Shown: positions 1 through 12,242 of the stretch, piece after piece | Numbering within the stretch: position 1 is the stretch's first letter | Layout: each line of letters begins with the position of its first letter | From: Tricharina praecox | Lineage: Eukaryota | Direction: 5' to 3' | Length of the DNA: 64,000 nucleotides | Assembly (NCBI RefSeq): GCF_024521635.1 | Contig: NW_026250407.1 | Coordinates: 124,001 to 188,000, forward strand | Translations under genes and position numbers: made by a program | Notes under the pieces: generated by a model | Told to the model about the DNA's origin: nothing | The model's input: the letters and a program-made list of their open reading frames with translations, nothing else | Database searches by the model: none

Positions 1-827
1 CTCATCCGAAGCCTCTCTTTGATCTCTCTATGTACCGTTTCCACACGCCAATCCTTAACTCTAATCAAGACCGACTACCTACAGGAACGGCATCTAAACG
101 AGCCCCAAGCGCCATGTCCACTACCAACCGCTCCGCCAGACACGCTGTCCACTTCCACATCCACTTCCACAATCCCCACAAGCCAGTAGAGCCACGCGGT
201 ATCTATCCGACAAGTTCCCATGTTCTCCCCACTTTCGAAAGCGACCTCGTCGGACCCGGTTTCTGGCTCTACTCACTGACACGATCTCTGCGCGAGAACC
301 AACAGCCCGTGTGATTCTCTGTGACGCTGGCGCAGTCCACTGTGCTCACTCTCACTCGGTCTATATTGGGGCGTACGCCGTGTAAGCGCGCGGATTGAGG
401 AGTGTATCCTACGTACGGTGAAGAATTATGATTGACGGAGGGATATATGCTGCAGTAAAGCAATTTCTGGAATTACAAAGATTCTAGGTAGTCAATTGAC
501 TCTGGTAGCCTCAAAGGAGGGTTTCCAAACGGGATCCGTGGACTCAACTACGATTATTTGGAGTATGATTTGCGCGCCCAATTGTCCGACCTTCACGTTC
601 ACTGACGTTGTCGACTTGAGCATGGACACTGAGTTTGATCTGGCTTTATGCACCGATGCGTTTGGTCTGATACTTGATTGGAGACCCTCTACATTACCTA
701 ACGCTTGAACTACATTGCTTACAGTATCGAATTCTACTCCCGTTTGTATGTGTGTGAGCGGAACCAATCTAAGTAGCTCTACAGTACAAACTCGCGCACC
801 GTCCTGTGTAGGTAGGTATCTCGCACT

Positions 828-2026
828 CTACAGCTTCTTCTTCCTGGATACAGCAGCACCATTCTGGCGACCACGGGCCTTCTCTTCCGGGACCCTGACA
901 ACATCCGGAAAGCTGCAAATGCCCGGCCAATGCAGCGTGAACTCGTGCTGCCTGCCATCGAGGCAATACCTGAGCCACACCCCATACTGCAGCTGGAAGT
1001 ACGCTCCAATGCCAGTGAGGAGATGCCACCATCCGTGTCCCTCCGCGAGCCAGCCCCACGGCATGCCCACACTCCTCCTCCAGCTGCGCAGCGACCCGCA
1101 ATACGCGTTGTCGAGGTTCCAGAGGACGAAGCCGCCCAGGAACACACCGATGCCGGAACCGACAAGCTTCCACATGCGGTTGACGGAGGCTGCGTCAACG
1201 GACCGCACGTACCGCTCCATCATGTAGAATGAGCGGAAGAGCACGCCGACGGTGAGGAGGGCGAATACGTTTTGGTGGAAGGTGGGGTCTTGGAGGTAGT
1301 GGTAGTAGACGGAGACGCCGCCGGCAATGCTGGAGAGGAGGACCCCAACGGTGACCGAGTAGCGGATGGAGCGGCCGTGGCAGAAGGATGCTGCAGAACA
1401 AGTGAAACGTCAGTCTTTGTGTCTCTCATTCGGGATACCGTGGCAACGCGGGTGTAACCTACCCCAGGCCATGAGACACGTAGTGTAGATCATGCTTAGC
1501 TCGTCGACCAGTTGCATGGAGTCTGTGTTCCAGGTCAGCACAATTCCATCACATGCGGTCCTCCCCAGGGCTAAGGGAACAACTCACACCATAGGGTAGA
1601 ATGGAACAAGAAGCTCCCCAAGCCGACTCCAAAGAACCCTAGGAACGAGATGAAGAATATTTTATCGTGGCCCTCGTTGAGGCAGTTCCGCATCCCACGG
1701 ATCGCTAGGTACATGAAAATGACGTTCGTGATCGAGTTTACGAACTCAGCGCAGTCTATGCACAAACAGCACGGTTAGCAGCAGTTCGGACACACAGAAC
1801 GAGGGAAGGGAAATAGCTACATGGCGTCACGACATAATCCTCCTCGCACCAACTGCCGGAAAATCAGCTCCGGGGACAGAACAGACACGCTGGAGCTGGG
1901 ACCATACTTTATCGTGGCTGTAGGCTTCCCCCATGTGTTGAACTTTTCCTCGCCGTAGTCAACACTGGGAAGTCGCCGCACCGCCCCGTTGAGCGCGTTC
2001 AGAATGTCGAGTATAGCCGTGGCCAT
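828..2026 (-). CDS. Alkaline ceramidase (Ypc1/Ydc1 family), 5 exons
   Basis: Spliced translation contains WGKPTATINWCEEDY, AEFVNSITN, GLGSFLFHSTL, MQLVDELSMIY and EGHGWWHLLTG, which are CREST/ceramidase motifs. It ends in RKKKL, a KKxx ER-retrieval signal. Four GT-AG introns restore the frame. Confidence 0.93.
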
Positions 2027-4680
2027 GATTGATTTCCGCTAACGTATGATTGTCCGAGCAAAGGAGAGAAGGTACAACGTGCGGATATATATAGGACGGG
2101 CGTAAAACGCGGTACTGGGATATGCCTGGCTGTGTGCGGGATAGAATGAAGTCACTGAGTCGGTCGTTTGAGCATGACTGCAGCCCGGGGTATGGAGTTG
2201 ATCGTCAGCTGCGGTGGAGAAACGGATATTCGGCGTGCTGTTAAGGAAAGAAGGCCGGACGAGGGACCCAATGTGCCTCCTCCCCCAAGCCTGGTAAGCA
2301 GGGAAGTACCGACTCTGCCTAGTACCGTAGCAATGACACCGTGCCGCAGAAGCGACGAGAGAAGCGAACGACTCTATTCTGCCAATTTGCCTGTCCAGCC
2401 GCCGATATTGGAAACTCTGTCCCAGACCGCCCTCGGCACCACTTTTCGGTGGCCTTTGTTGTCATGGAATCTGGTCGGAATTTAGAGTGCTGCAGCATCT
2501 TTGTCCAGGGCTTGGACTCAAAATAACAAGCCTTGCCAAGAATGCCAAGTTGGACGCCCCCACTGATGTACAAGTCTTACATAACAAACGCTATCCGCCT
2601 TCCTTGAGCTGTCCACCTTCTACACCATCATTATGCTCTTGACAAAAGCTACACATGCCCGACGACGAATCAAAGCAAATCATCTCAGAGCACTGAGAGG
2701 AAGAGAAGAAAACGCAGCTCTGTTTTCCGATCCGATTGATATATGCACTGACCGACGAAATTCACGGTAGCAGAAATCAATCAAGCACAAGTCAAACTGG
2801 CCGGTCAACAACATGAACTCCACTGGTAATTCTTGGACTTTACTACGATCATGGCTCGCTATTCGAGCTAGGTACTAACCAAGTACTACTTAGGTAATCC
2901 TTAAACTGCTCTTTCTTCCAGTGTAGGATTATTCTGGTATCACTGGTTCGACCAAGCAGCCCAGACAACTACCTATAGCCGTCAAAATCCCAAGAAGATC
3001 AACGATGTCCACAAAGATCTCAACACGACAGTTGACAACTCTCATGGTTGTTGGGGGCGTCGAGGCGGATGTGCAGGGCCCTGGAGCAGACTATCCATCG
3101 ATGAATCCAGAAACCGAACTGTACATTAGGAGGTGCTTGATGGGAAATCCAAAAAACCTCCATGCAAGAGTGGATACACAAAACATCTTCAGAGTTACAA
3201 TGAAGGCAGGTACAAGGCTGCGGTTTTGCTAAGAAGGGCTTCGAGGCTTCGCCCGGTACCGGCAAAGGAAATGGGTAAATCATGGATTCCAATCTTTAAC
3301 TGAGGAATGTAGGTAGCTGAGCATGACATACCTAGATAGGTTCAAATCAAACGTCTTCCTTTTCCTAATTCTTGCGTAGGCCACGCATAACCCCATCCAT
3401 CATGTCTGAATCATGCGGAAGGAGAACTCGAGAACAGGCCTCCCAGCTACCTTCATTCATACTCGCCAACCGCCGGAGCACCAAGTTGCGGGGCCCGGCT
3501 TCTACTCCTCCGAGCCGGATGTGGAGCTGTAGAGAAGAAATAGTTCTCAGAAGCTGTTCCCGCACGAATGACGACTTGCTGCGGCACATCACACCCGAAG
3601 GCTGACGGTAGTTGTACTAGGAATCCTACGGATCCCACAATCCTACAAACGGACAGCGAAATTCACACGAAATCACTCACCGCTGGTCCGCAGGTCCGCA
3701 GTGCCAAGGTTCCCCGCTGGTCACCAGTGTCCGTTGTTGAGTACCAATGTACCATATAATCCACATTCGTGGAAACGTGATACCCACAGGCTGGAGGTTG
3801 GAGGGATAAAGCGGCTCCTAGGGCTGTGGTATGATAGTGAAGCTGGATGTCGTGTTATGGGAAGATAACTTCGCATGCAATCGAACGACTACCGGGTCGT
3901 TGCCAGCGTGACGACGGAGCTCTGGGGAGAACAAATCCCAATGCCCATAACTGTTCCAAGGGCGGGACTGCGTCTTTTATCTAGATTGTACATACAGTGT
4001 TCCGCCCACTGAACTCCATGGGACCAAAGATTTGCCCAAAACTGCTTGGCTATGAGCTGGATAGGTACGATAGCCATCCATCCATCCAGCGTTCCTTACT
4101 TTTTACACACATACACACACACGTTGCATCAGGTACAGAAACGCCGTAGAAGACGGTGCATCCAACTACCTAGCCTCTAGGCAAGGGGGCTGATGGTCAT
4201 TACTCTGAATATCTACTTACTCACCTCAAACATAGCTCGGCCGATGATGTGGTTTGCTCTGCTTCATCTCTTTCTCGGAAAACTACCGGGCTAGAACAAT
4301 GCAGGCACTATATATCGGTTTGCATCCCGTCCACACCCCTACGAGCCCTATGCAAGCCACCAGGTACTCTATGAAGTCATCTTGCCTTGTATGTACTGGA
4401 CACGGCGCCGGCGCTGGGTGTGCTTGCATCACCAGCACCAGCATTCAGCCGTGCGATCGTCAAGGCACTCTACATACAAGTTCCCTCCGCGCACATCATA
4501 TTCACTTGCACTTCACTTCACATGCAACGTGGAAAACATCTTTGGTAAACGCACCGCGGCAACGAGTTGAATTCATTGCACACTCAACTACGACATTTAA
4601 TGTTGAAGCATAACGTCGTGAAAAAATAGGAAAACATGATGTCTCGAGACGAGACAAGAGAGGGAGGGAAGCATCGGCAT

Positions 4681-5572
4681 CTAGCCCGACTTCTTGGCCC
4701 GCGCGCGCTCGCGCTTGGCGTAGATCTCTGCGGTGAAGGGACTGTTGCGCGGTCGGTCAGCGGGAAGTGCACTAAAGGTGGGAAGGATGGGGGGAGTCTT
4801 ACTCTTCGAACCGCAGCGCAAACTGGTACATCACGAACACGAACAGCGTCAACAGGAGACCAGCGGGCTTCCCGAACCACAGGGCGGTGCCGAGGAAGCT
4901 CAGCACCGAGCCGTGGTACATGGGTGCGTCGGTAACGCTGAACGGGAAGCCGGTGACCCGGCTGTCCATCAGGATGCCGAAGTAGTCGCCCAGGTAGGTG
5001 CCGGTAACACCCAGCGCCCACATGCTCGAGACGACGAGCACATTGCCGGTCAGGAAGAGACCGCCGGCCGCGTACTTGACGGTGGGTGACTGGAGGATGT
5101 CGAGCGCGGGCTGGTCCCGCAGCGCTTGCTCGTAGAAGTAGTCCCGGATTATACCAAGCGAGAAGATCAGTACCGCCAGGAAGTAGCAGCCGTAGCGGGA
5201 GTTGCCTCCGAAGAGCTTGGTCAGTATTCGGTTGTGGTATTCTAATGGCGGCGGCGGTTAGACGCTTATGTGCGCTGGGGGGGATTCGACGAGATGCGGG
5301 ATGTGTGTACCTTGACGAGCAACGATGCTGAGAGGAACGGTTAGCCATCGTCATTCATGCACTGCCGGAGCGGATAACGGAGCGAAACTTACTTCCAGAA
5401 TATAGGGTTGAAGGCAATGGATGCAGCCGCAACTGAACAAGCACCAGTCAGTGCCAACTCACGTACTGGGGGTCCGTCACACAGAAAGAGCAAACTTACC
5501 TTTCAGACTGTCTTTGGAGAAGTCTACCAGGTCCGCCGGCGCGGTGGAAGCGAAAACTTTCGTTACGGTCAT
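4681..5572 (-). CDS. OPI3: Phosphatidyl-N-methylethanolamine N-methyltransferase (PEMT), 5 exons
   Basis: Spliced translation contains IAFNPIFWNIVARQEYHNR, SSMWALGVTGTYLGDYFGILM, VTGFPF..TDAPMYHGS and ALRFEDPFTAEIY. ATG at 5572, TAG at 4681-4683. Confidence 0.94.
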
Positions 5573-6378
5573 GATGTCTGCTTGTAGTGTGTAGTTGGTC
5601 GTCTCGTGCGTTTCCAACCAACAGCAGGAAAGGAAAGGAATATATGGAGAAGAGACAGAACTCGAGAGGGACAGGTGTTCTGTTGGGGGGGTTCTTTCTG
5701 CAAACTCGACTTGCAGGAATTAGGACGCTGCGAGGCGGGCTGGGGGTGACGTTTGTGCTGTCTGGGCTTAGTTACCCCGGTGTAACCATTCCGATTGCGA
5801 TGGGCCGGTACAAACAAGGTTCCGAGCCTGAGGACACTTCCGGCCAAAAACCAGTTGGCCCGGAGGCTGCAGAAACGATATCAAAGTTATCAATTTCCGG
5901 TCACTCGAGTAGATAATTAAGTGCCTACACACCCAGATAGCTTGAGATGAATGCGGACACCACGGGCTCTCGAGCTGCGAACCACTGGGAAAAGAAGCCG
6001 GCAGTCTGCATAGCTCAAGCTGGTATATACGCGTGGATGTGTACCATATAGCACATGCCAGATACCTATAGGTAGGAAGTAGTAGTCACACCTCGACGTT
6101 TCAACTCTCCTCAGCTAACCAAAAATGCCTTACGGAGGATAACCATTGGCTGCATACGACAACTACCTACACCGATTGACGGCGACTATGCATTTCACCA
6201 TGTAAGCTGGATAGATACCGAACTCTGGGATCTTGCATCGGTGCGAACTGTGCCCCATCCGCAACAGGGGTCAACCGCACGCACTACCGTACGTACCTAG
6301 CGACTATATATACTGAGCGCCTCCCGGAGGGGGGAAGTAAACAGTAATCCGTGATGAGTTCGAGAGAGCGAGAGAGCA

Positions 6379-8719
6379 ATGCCGAATGCATACGCGTCCC
6401 CATCCCGTTCGTTCCTTCAGATACTCGATTTCGACAATGCAGCGTCCGAGGTCAAGACGACTCGGTGGGAGCTTGAGACTACCCTACCGGAACGTGCTGG
6501 AGGCGGCGTGAGATGGATGTATGCTACCTTTGTCTTATTTTTTGTGCAATCGAACGTATACGATGCTAATGAGGATGATGGGTAGACATCTCAAGGCTGA
6601 ACCACTTAATTTTGGTGTATTGTTGGTACACAGATACCCGGAACACAGCTGGGAGATGCGCGTAGCCGCTGACGGCTCGTAGAAGCTGGTGGTGAAGCAC
6701 TTGAACCCGCCAATGGACACGGCTCGAGCAGCAGCCGTGTGCAAGCTGCTCGAAAAGTTCCGGCGGGAACAGGAGAGGGACTCGAACCATGGGCGGTATT
6801 TCGAGGCGGGAAGCGTGACGCTCGGTGAGTGTCTACCTCTCGATGTTAGGCCCCCCCAGCCGGCATGAGACTCATGCCGTGGAAGATGGTGTGTATTTCT
6901 TGGCTTTGCCGTATATAACGTACGGCACCCCGCCGCCGGTGGTGAACGAGTTGCGGCGGGCACTCCATCCCACCAGAAGCTTGTTCCAGCATTACTACAG
7001 GCGTGAATCGGCGAAAGCGATTGAAGGGCGGGACAGTGACCAGATCTGCAAGAAGGTCCGGGGTGCGGCGGGGAAGGATCAGGCGATTCTGGTGGAGTAT
7101 ATATGGGTGCTGCGGTTGGATGAAGGTGTGTGATTTTCCTGTTCGTTGGTCATCTAGATAGGCCGGCTTGTTGATCGTGAGGACTGAAAGCAACCGTGAT
7201 TACGGTTTCCTCTACTGCCGGCGATGATCTCTGGTGGAAGTTGAAGTTGCTAGACGCGACGATCGAGGTTCCGCCGAGGAGGGGTGGTATCGATTTCGAC
7301 GGGCAGTCACTGCTGTTCATGCAGCGCCAGAATTCAAGCTCGGTCACGCACCTATCGAAGGATGTGAACGAAGTATTGACGGACTTGATCCGAGTGCAGT
7401 GGCGGATCAAAGAGATGCTTCCACAGTTCTTGAGCAGACTCTTGGGACGCTATGAGAAGTATATCATACGCCTCGCCGATGTGGTGCAGAGCTATGCTTT
7501 CCTCCGGATTGCTTTTAAACCGCGCTTGGTGCTGCTGGCGGGAAAGGGTTTGGTGGTATTGGTGGGTTCTCTTTCCGTCCGAATCGGGACAACGGGGGAG
7601 TAAACTGACGGATGGGAGTATGTAGTCTACAGATCGTAAATGGGTGGATGAATTGACGGAAGACCTGTGTCGCTTCACCGAGTTCGTGATCCACAATATC
7701 GCGCAGTGGCAAGAGTTTGGAACTGCGGAGCAATACCAGTCTTCGGAAGAGCTACAGGGACAGCTCATCACGCTGTACTCCAAGGTGCTGAGTTATGCAG
7801 CGCAGTTTCTGAAGAAAACTGGCCCACCACTCACGAAGAACATGGCATGGAGGCAACGAGTAAATGGGTTGTTCGAAGACGTCAAGCAACTCTCGGCAGT
7901 CCTGGAGTGGACTGGAGAGGCGATACGGATGAAATCGGAGGTATTCGCGGCCGCCGGATTGCCAGAAGAGATGTGTCGGCCGCGAGATGTCGAGGAGCTG
8001 GTGATGTTGGTCATCAACACGTTGGTGCCCGAGGACTCGATCAGAACTTCCCGGGCATACATCAGTGAGATATACGCGCAGTATCTTGCCACCCTGGTTT
8101 GCCCCTCCTCTTTCACCTCGACAAATCGCATCGACTGACTGTAGCAGCAATTTGAATCACAACAAGCGCCATCCAAGGGGCTGGTCAAGAACATCAACCA
8201 GGTCGCTGAGGAACTCGACATAATAGTGGGAATTGTAAAGGCCCAGCAAAAAGTGCTCTCCCGCATCAAGACGGAATCCGACGTTTCCGCCGAGACCCTC
8301 GGCGGCACTCTTCAAAAGCTGGAGTTCTTTCACTCGGACATGGAAGAGTATAAACGCTCGTGTGCACGACTATCAAAACTCGTACGTTCATAACCCTCAA
8401 ATCCCATGTGTTAGAACCCTGCTGAGTGATGTAGACGGCACAGAATGTGGAAATGCAGATGGAGCATCACGGTAAGGCGATAGTTGTGTTTACAGTTGTG
8501 ACGATCGTGTTCCTACCCATGAGTTTCGTGTCGAGCGTCTTTGGAATGAACGTCAAAGATATACGGGAGATGGAAAACGGACAATGGACATTTTGGGTGG
8601 CGGCGCTCGCGATGACGGTGGTCGTAGTGGGGTTGTCGCTTGTAGTTGCGTTCATGGGCGAGGATATTGTCAAGGCGCTCAAAGGGCGTTCCTCCAGAGA
8701 CGAAAAACATATACGATGA
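6379..8719 (+). CDS. Fungal CorA-like (GMN-motif, two C-terminal TM helices) protein, about 8 exons
   Basis: The last exon encodes KAIVVFTVVTIVFLPMSFVSSVFGMN followed by a second TM helix. Upstream exons (VRWIHL, FLALPY, HPTRSLFQHYY) join in frame through GT-AG introns. The start codon is uncertain. Confidence 0.75.
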
Positions 8720-9771
8720 TATTGGCTTATGAAGCCTCGAGGCTTACCAATCCCCGGCCATTCGCAGAGGGAGAGAGAGACAGAGAGAACATCGATTTAT
8801 TGTCGCATGTCCTTGTTAAACCATGGCGACCAACATCCGCAGACGACGAGCTAGAGACTTCGGTTCCAGGCAGCGCGCTGAGTGACATCCCGTGAATGAG
8901 TCTAGCCACAAGAAGCCCGTATGGTGTCAAGTGGCCGGCAACAAAGCAATCCGATTGGAAGAGGTCTATCATCTGCCTGCCTAGTCGTGTGATGCATCCG
9001 AACGACTCACAGAGAGTGGCGATTTGGTTGGCTCACAAAACATTCGCGTGTTTTGACGGTTGACGGTTGGGATCCCCTTGGACATGAGTGCCACGGACTG
9101 GGACTTGCTCCGCGATAAGGTGGCATGCAGGGTATTCACGGACCACTGGCCACGGCGTCCCACAAAGGCAGGACACAAGAGGTCACAGCGACCCTGGATC
9201 CAGTTGAGCCTCCTTTTCACGACTTGGCGTCTGGCGTCCGCGACGTCCTCCATCGTGAGAGACCCAGCGCACCGGGGGGTGGCTTCGGTACCCACCTTTC
9301 TAGCCTCTCCGGAATGAATTGTCAGCCGGACGAAAACTCTCGTGGTGGCAGGCTAGCCACTCTCCTCGATCTTGAGGTCACTGCTGGCGGCGATGGTGGC
9401 CTGTTGCTGTCGGACGGGGGGGCATCTCGCGGTGCACGGGCGGATGCAGAGGCAAAGACCCCTTCTGCCAAGGCCCGTCCACACCCCGTTGCGGTTTAAT
9501 GCGGGCACAATTCGCTGGCAATTGAGCCAACCACAAAATCACTGGACCCAGCCCGCAACCCACCCCAACCCACCCCAACGCATCCCACCCCCAACTGGCA
9601 AGTCAAGCCCCTTTCAACATCTTCTTCTTCTTCTCTTCTTCTCTCGTTCTCAAAACTCGCTCACTCTCCCTTCTCTCTCCCTCTCTACCCATCCCAACAC
9701 CTTCATCCATCAACACCACCGGTCTCCATCGCCGACCCTCTACAACCCAGCAATAGTTTATCGATTCTTTG

Positions 9772-9937
9772 GTATGTCGACAATCAATCTCATCTCACCC
9801 CACTTAATACTCTCCCCGCGCGTCCCTTTGTTTTACTTTTCTCGTCGCCACCAACACCAGACGCGTCTCCTCATAAAGCCTCCCCACAATAGTTGGCAAC
9901 AAAGCTTCCGAAGCTCATCGGCTAACATTGAATCCAG
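9772..9937 (+). other. Probable 5' UTR intron of beta-tubulin
   Basis: GTATGT donor at 9772, GCTAAC branch site at 9921 and CAG acceptor at 9935-9937, 12 nt upstream of the ATG. Confidence 0.7.
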
Positions 9938-9949
9938 TACACAGTCAAC

Positions 9950-11572
9950 ATGCGTGAGATTTTGCACATCCAGACCGGCCAGTGTGTACGTTGCCACCCG
10001 TTCTCGTTGCGTCCATCGATACAGCTTCTTTCGATAGCTGCTATCTGCGGAGCATATCTCGGGCTTGACGCTGACTCCTCTTCTAGGGTAACCAAATTGG
10101 TGCCTCTTTCTGGCAGACCATCTCTGGCGAGCACGGCCTCGATGGATCCGGTGTGTAAGTATATCAAATTCTTTCGACATTCCGTCTGGCGCGGATGCTG
10201 ATAGTGCTACAGGTACAATGGTACCAGTGACCTCCAGCTGGAGCGGATGAACGTTTACTTCAACGAGGCTGCCGGTAACAAGTACGTGCCCCGTGCCGTC
10301 CTTGTCGACTTGGAACCCGGTACCATGGACGCCGTCCGTGCTGGTCCCTTCGGTCAGCTGTTCCGTCCCGACAACTTCGTTTTCGGACAGTCCGGTGCCG
10401 GTAACAACTGGGCCAAGGGTCATTACACCGAGGGAGCCGAGCTCGTCGACCAGGTGTTGGATGTTGTCCGTCGTGAGGCGGAGGGATGCGACTGCCTCCA
10501 GGGTTTCCAGATCACCCACTCGCTCGGTGGTGGTACCGGTGCCGGTATGGGTACTCTTTTGATCTCCAAGATCCGTGAGGAGTTCCCCGACCGTATGATG
10601 GCCACATTCTCTGTCGTTCCTTCGCCCAAAGTCTCCGACACCGTTGTTGAGCCCTACAACGCCACTCTTTCCGTACATCAGCTTGGTAAGCTTTCCACGT
10701 CTCCATGCTAGTCCACGCGGAATCTAATTTCCTCTGCAGTTGAGAACTCCGACGAGACTTTCTGTATCGATAACGAGGCTCTGTACGATATCTGCATGAG
10801 GACCCTTAAGCTGTCGGCTCCCTCGTACGGTGACCTTAACCACTTGGTCTCGGCCGTCATGTCGGGTGTCACCACCTGTCTGCGTTTCCCTGGCCAGTTG
10901 AACTCCGACTTGCGCAAGTTGGCTGTTAACATGGTTCCCTTCCCTCGTCTCCATTTCTTCATGGTCGGATTCGCTCCTCTCACCTCCCGGGGCGCCCACT
11001 CTTTCCGTGCCGTCACCGTTCCCGAGCTCACCCAGCAAATGTACGACCCCAAGAACATGATGGCTGCCTCGGACTTCCGTAACGGTCGTTACCTCACTTG
11101 CTCGGCCATCTTCCGTGGAAAGGTGTCCATGAAGGAGGTTGAGGACCAGATGCGCAACGTCCAGAACAAGAACTCCTCTTACTTCGTCGAGTGGATCCCC
11201 AACAACGTGCAGACCGCTCTCTGCTCGATCCCTCCCCGTGGATTGAAGATGAGCTCCACCTTCGTCGGAAACTCGACCTCCATCCAGGAGCTGTTCAAGC
11301 GTGTCGGAGACCAGTTCTCTGCCATGTTCAGGCGTAAGGCTTTCTTGCATTGGTACACCTCTGAGGGTATGGACGAGATGTGAGTAATCCTCGGCCTTCG
11401 GGCAATCACCGCTACACTGGTTTCATCGTACTGATTACATGACAGGGAGTTCACTGAGGCCGAGTCCAACATGAACGATCTCGTTTCCGAGTACCAGCAG
11501 TACCAGGATGCCTCCGTCTCTGACGACGAGGGCGAGGAGTACGAGCAGGAGCTCCCCGCTGAGGAGGAGTAG
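9950..11572 (+). CDS. TUB2: Beta-tubulin, 5 coding exons
   Basis: [12 protein letters not shown] start, GGGTGAG tubulin signature, PFPRLHFF and an acidic C-terminal tail. Four coding introns; TAG at 11570-11572. Confidence 0.99.
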
Positions 11573-12242
11573 AGGATTACCTAATGATACCAAAATGTAA
11601 CATTTCTGGGGGATGGGCAAGGAAACGGATGCTGTTGGCGGGCAAGAGAGTCCTATTGTTGGGTGTGTTCTTGTAGCTCAAGACGGAACTCATTCTTTTG
11701 TGCACTGGCATGTGCTTTTCCGGCTATTCACTTGTGATGTTTCTTCTGGCTTTTTCTTTCTTTCTCTTCTTTACCACGCAGCGTGATTGGTTTTTGGTAT
11801 TACTCTTTAAATAATGCCCAGTTTTTTCTGTCGTGCCATGTCCTTTTCATTTATGGGTTCAGTGCCAAAAGCTTTCGAGCCGCTGTAAAGTATTAATGGA
11901 TTTAGATCATGAAGACGAACACCGATCGAAGGCTTATCAAGTCTTTGGGGATGAACCTTTCGCGCTTTTCGATGCCGTTTTGAGAGCAGGCTAACGAGAT
12001 AGCAGGGAAAACCGTGGGGGATACACATGTGCATGGATAAGTAATTTTTTATTTCTTAGCGGGGCCAGGCTCGTTTGTAGATGTGCCCCACCTAAACGTC
12101 CCGAGAGCGAGGGGCAAGCAGCGGTCTGTTCTGCGTCAGAGAAAAACTCGCACATCTCCCTCAATCCCTCTTGTCCTAGCAATCAATCACGTCCCACCGT
12201 TCATCCAACCACTCCCTACACAGTTCACCAGCATCATTCACA

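Noticed and set aside
1..101. Possible 3' end of an upstream gene (…HPKPLFDLSMNGI*) through an intron at about 32-84
   Set aside because: Too little sequence in the window to support it.
2600..3760. Short ORFs (3005-3232 +, 3365-3592 -) as a gene or pseudogene
   Set aside because: No recognisable motif and no consistent splice model. A decayed lineage-specific gene cannot be excluded without a search.
8727..9500. Minus-strand gene divergent from beta-tubulin
   Set aside because: Several short frames, none with a recognisable domain or a convincing exon chain.
9771..9950. Stwintron in the beta-tubulin 5' UTR (G+TACAC recreates a donor after splicing)
   Set aside because: No usable branch site and acceptor follow before the ATG. 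The long VSB1 introns also gave no valid nested donor.
10580..10770. Benzimidazole-resistance substitutions in beta-tubulin
   Set aside because: F167 (MATFSV), E198 and F200 (SDETFC) are all wild type.
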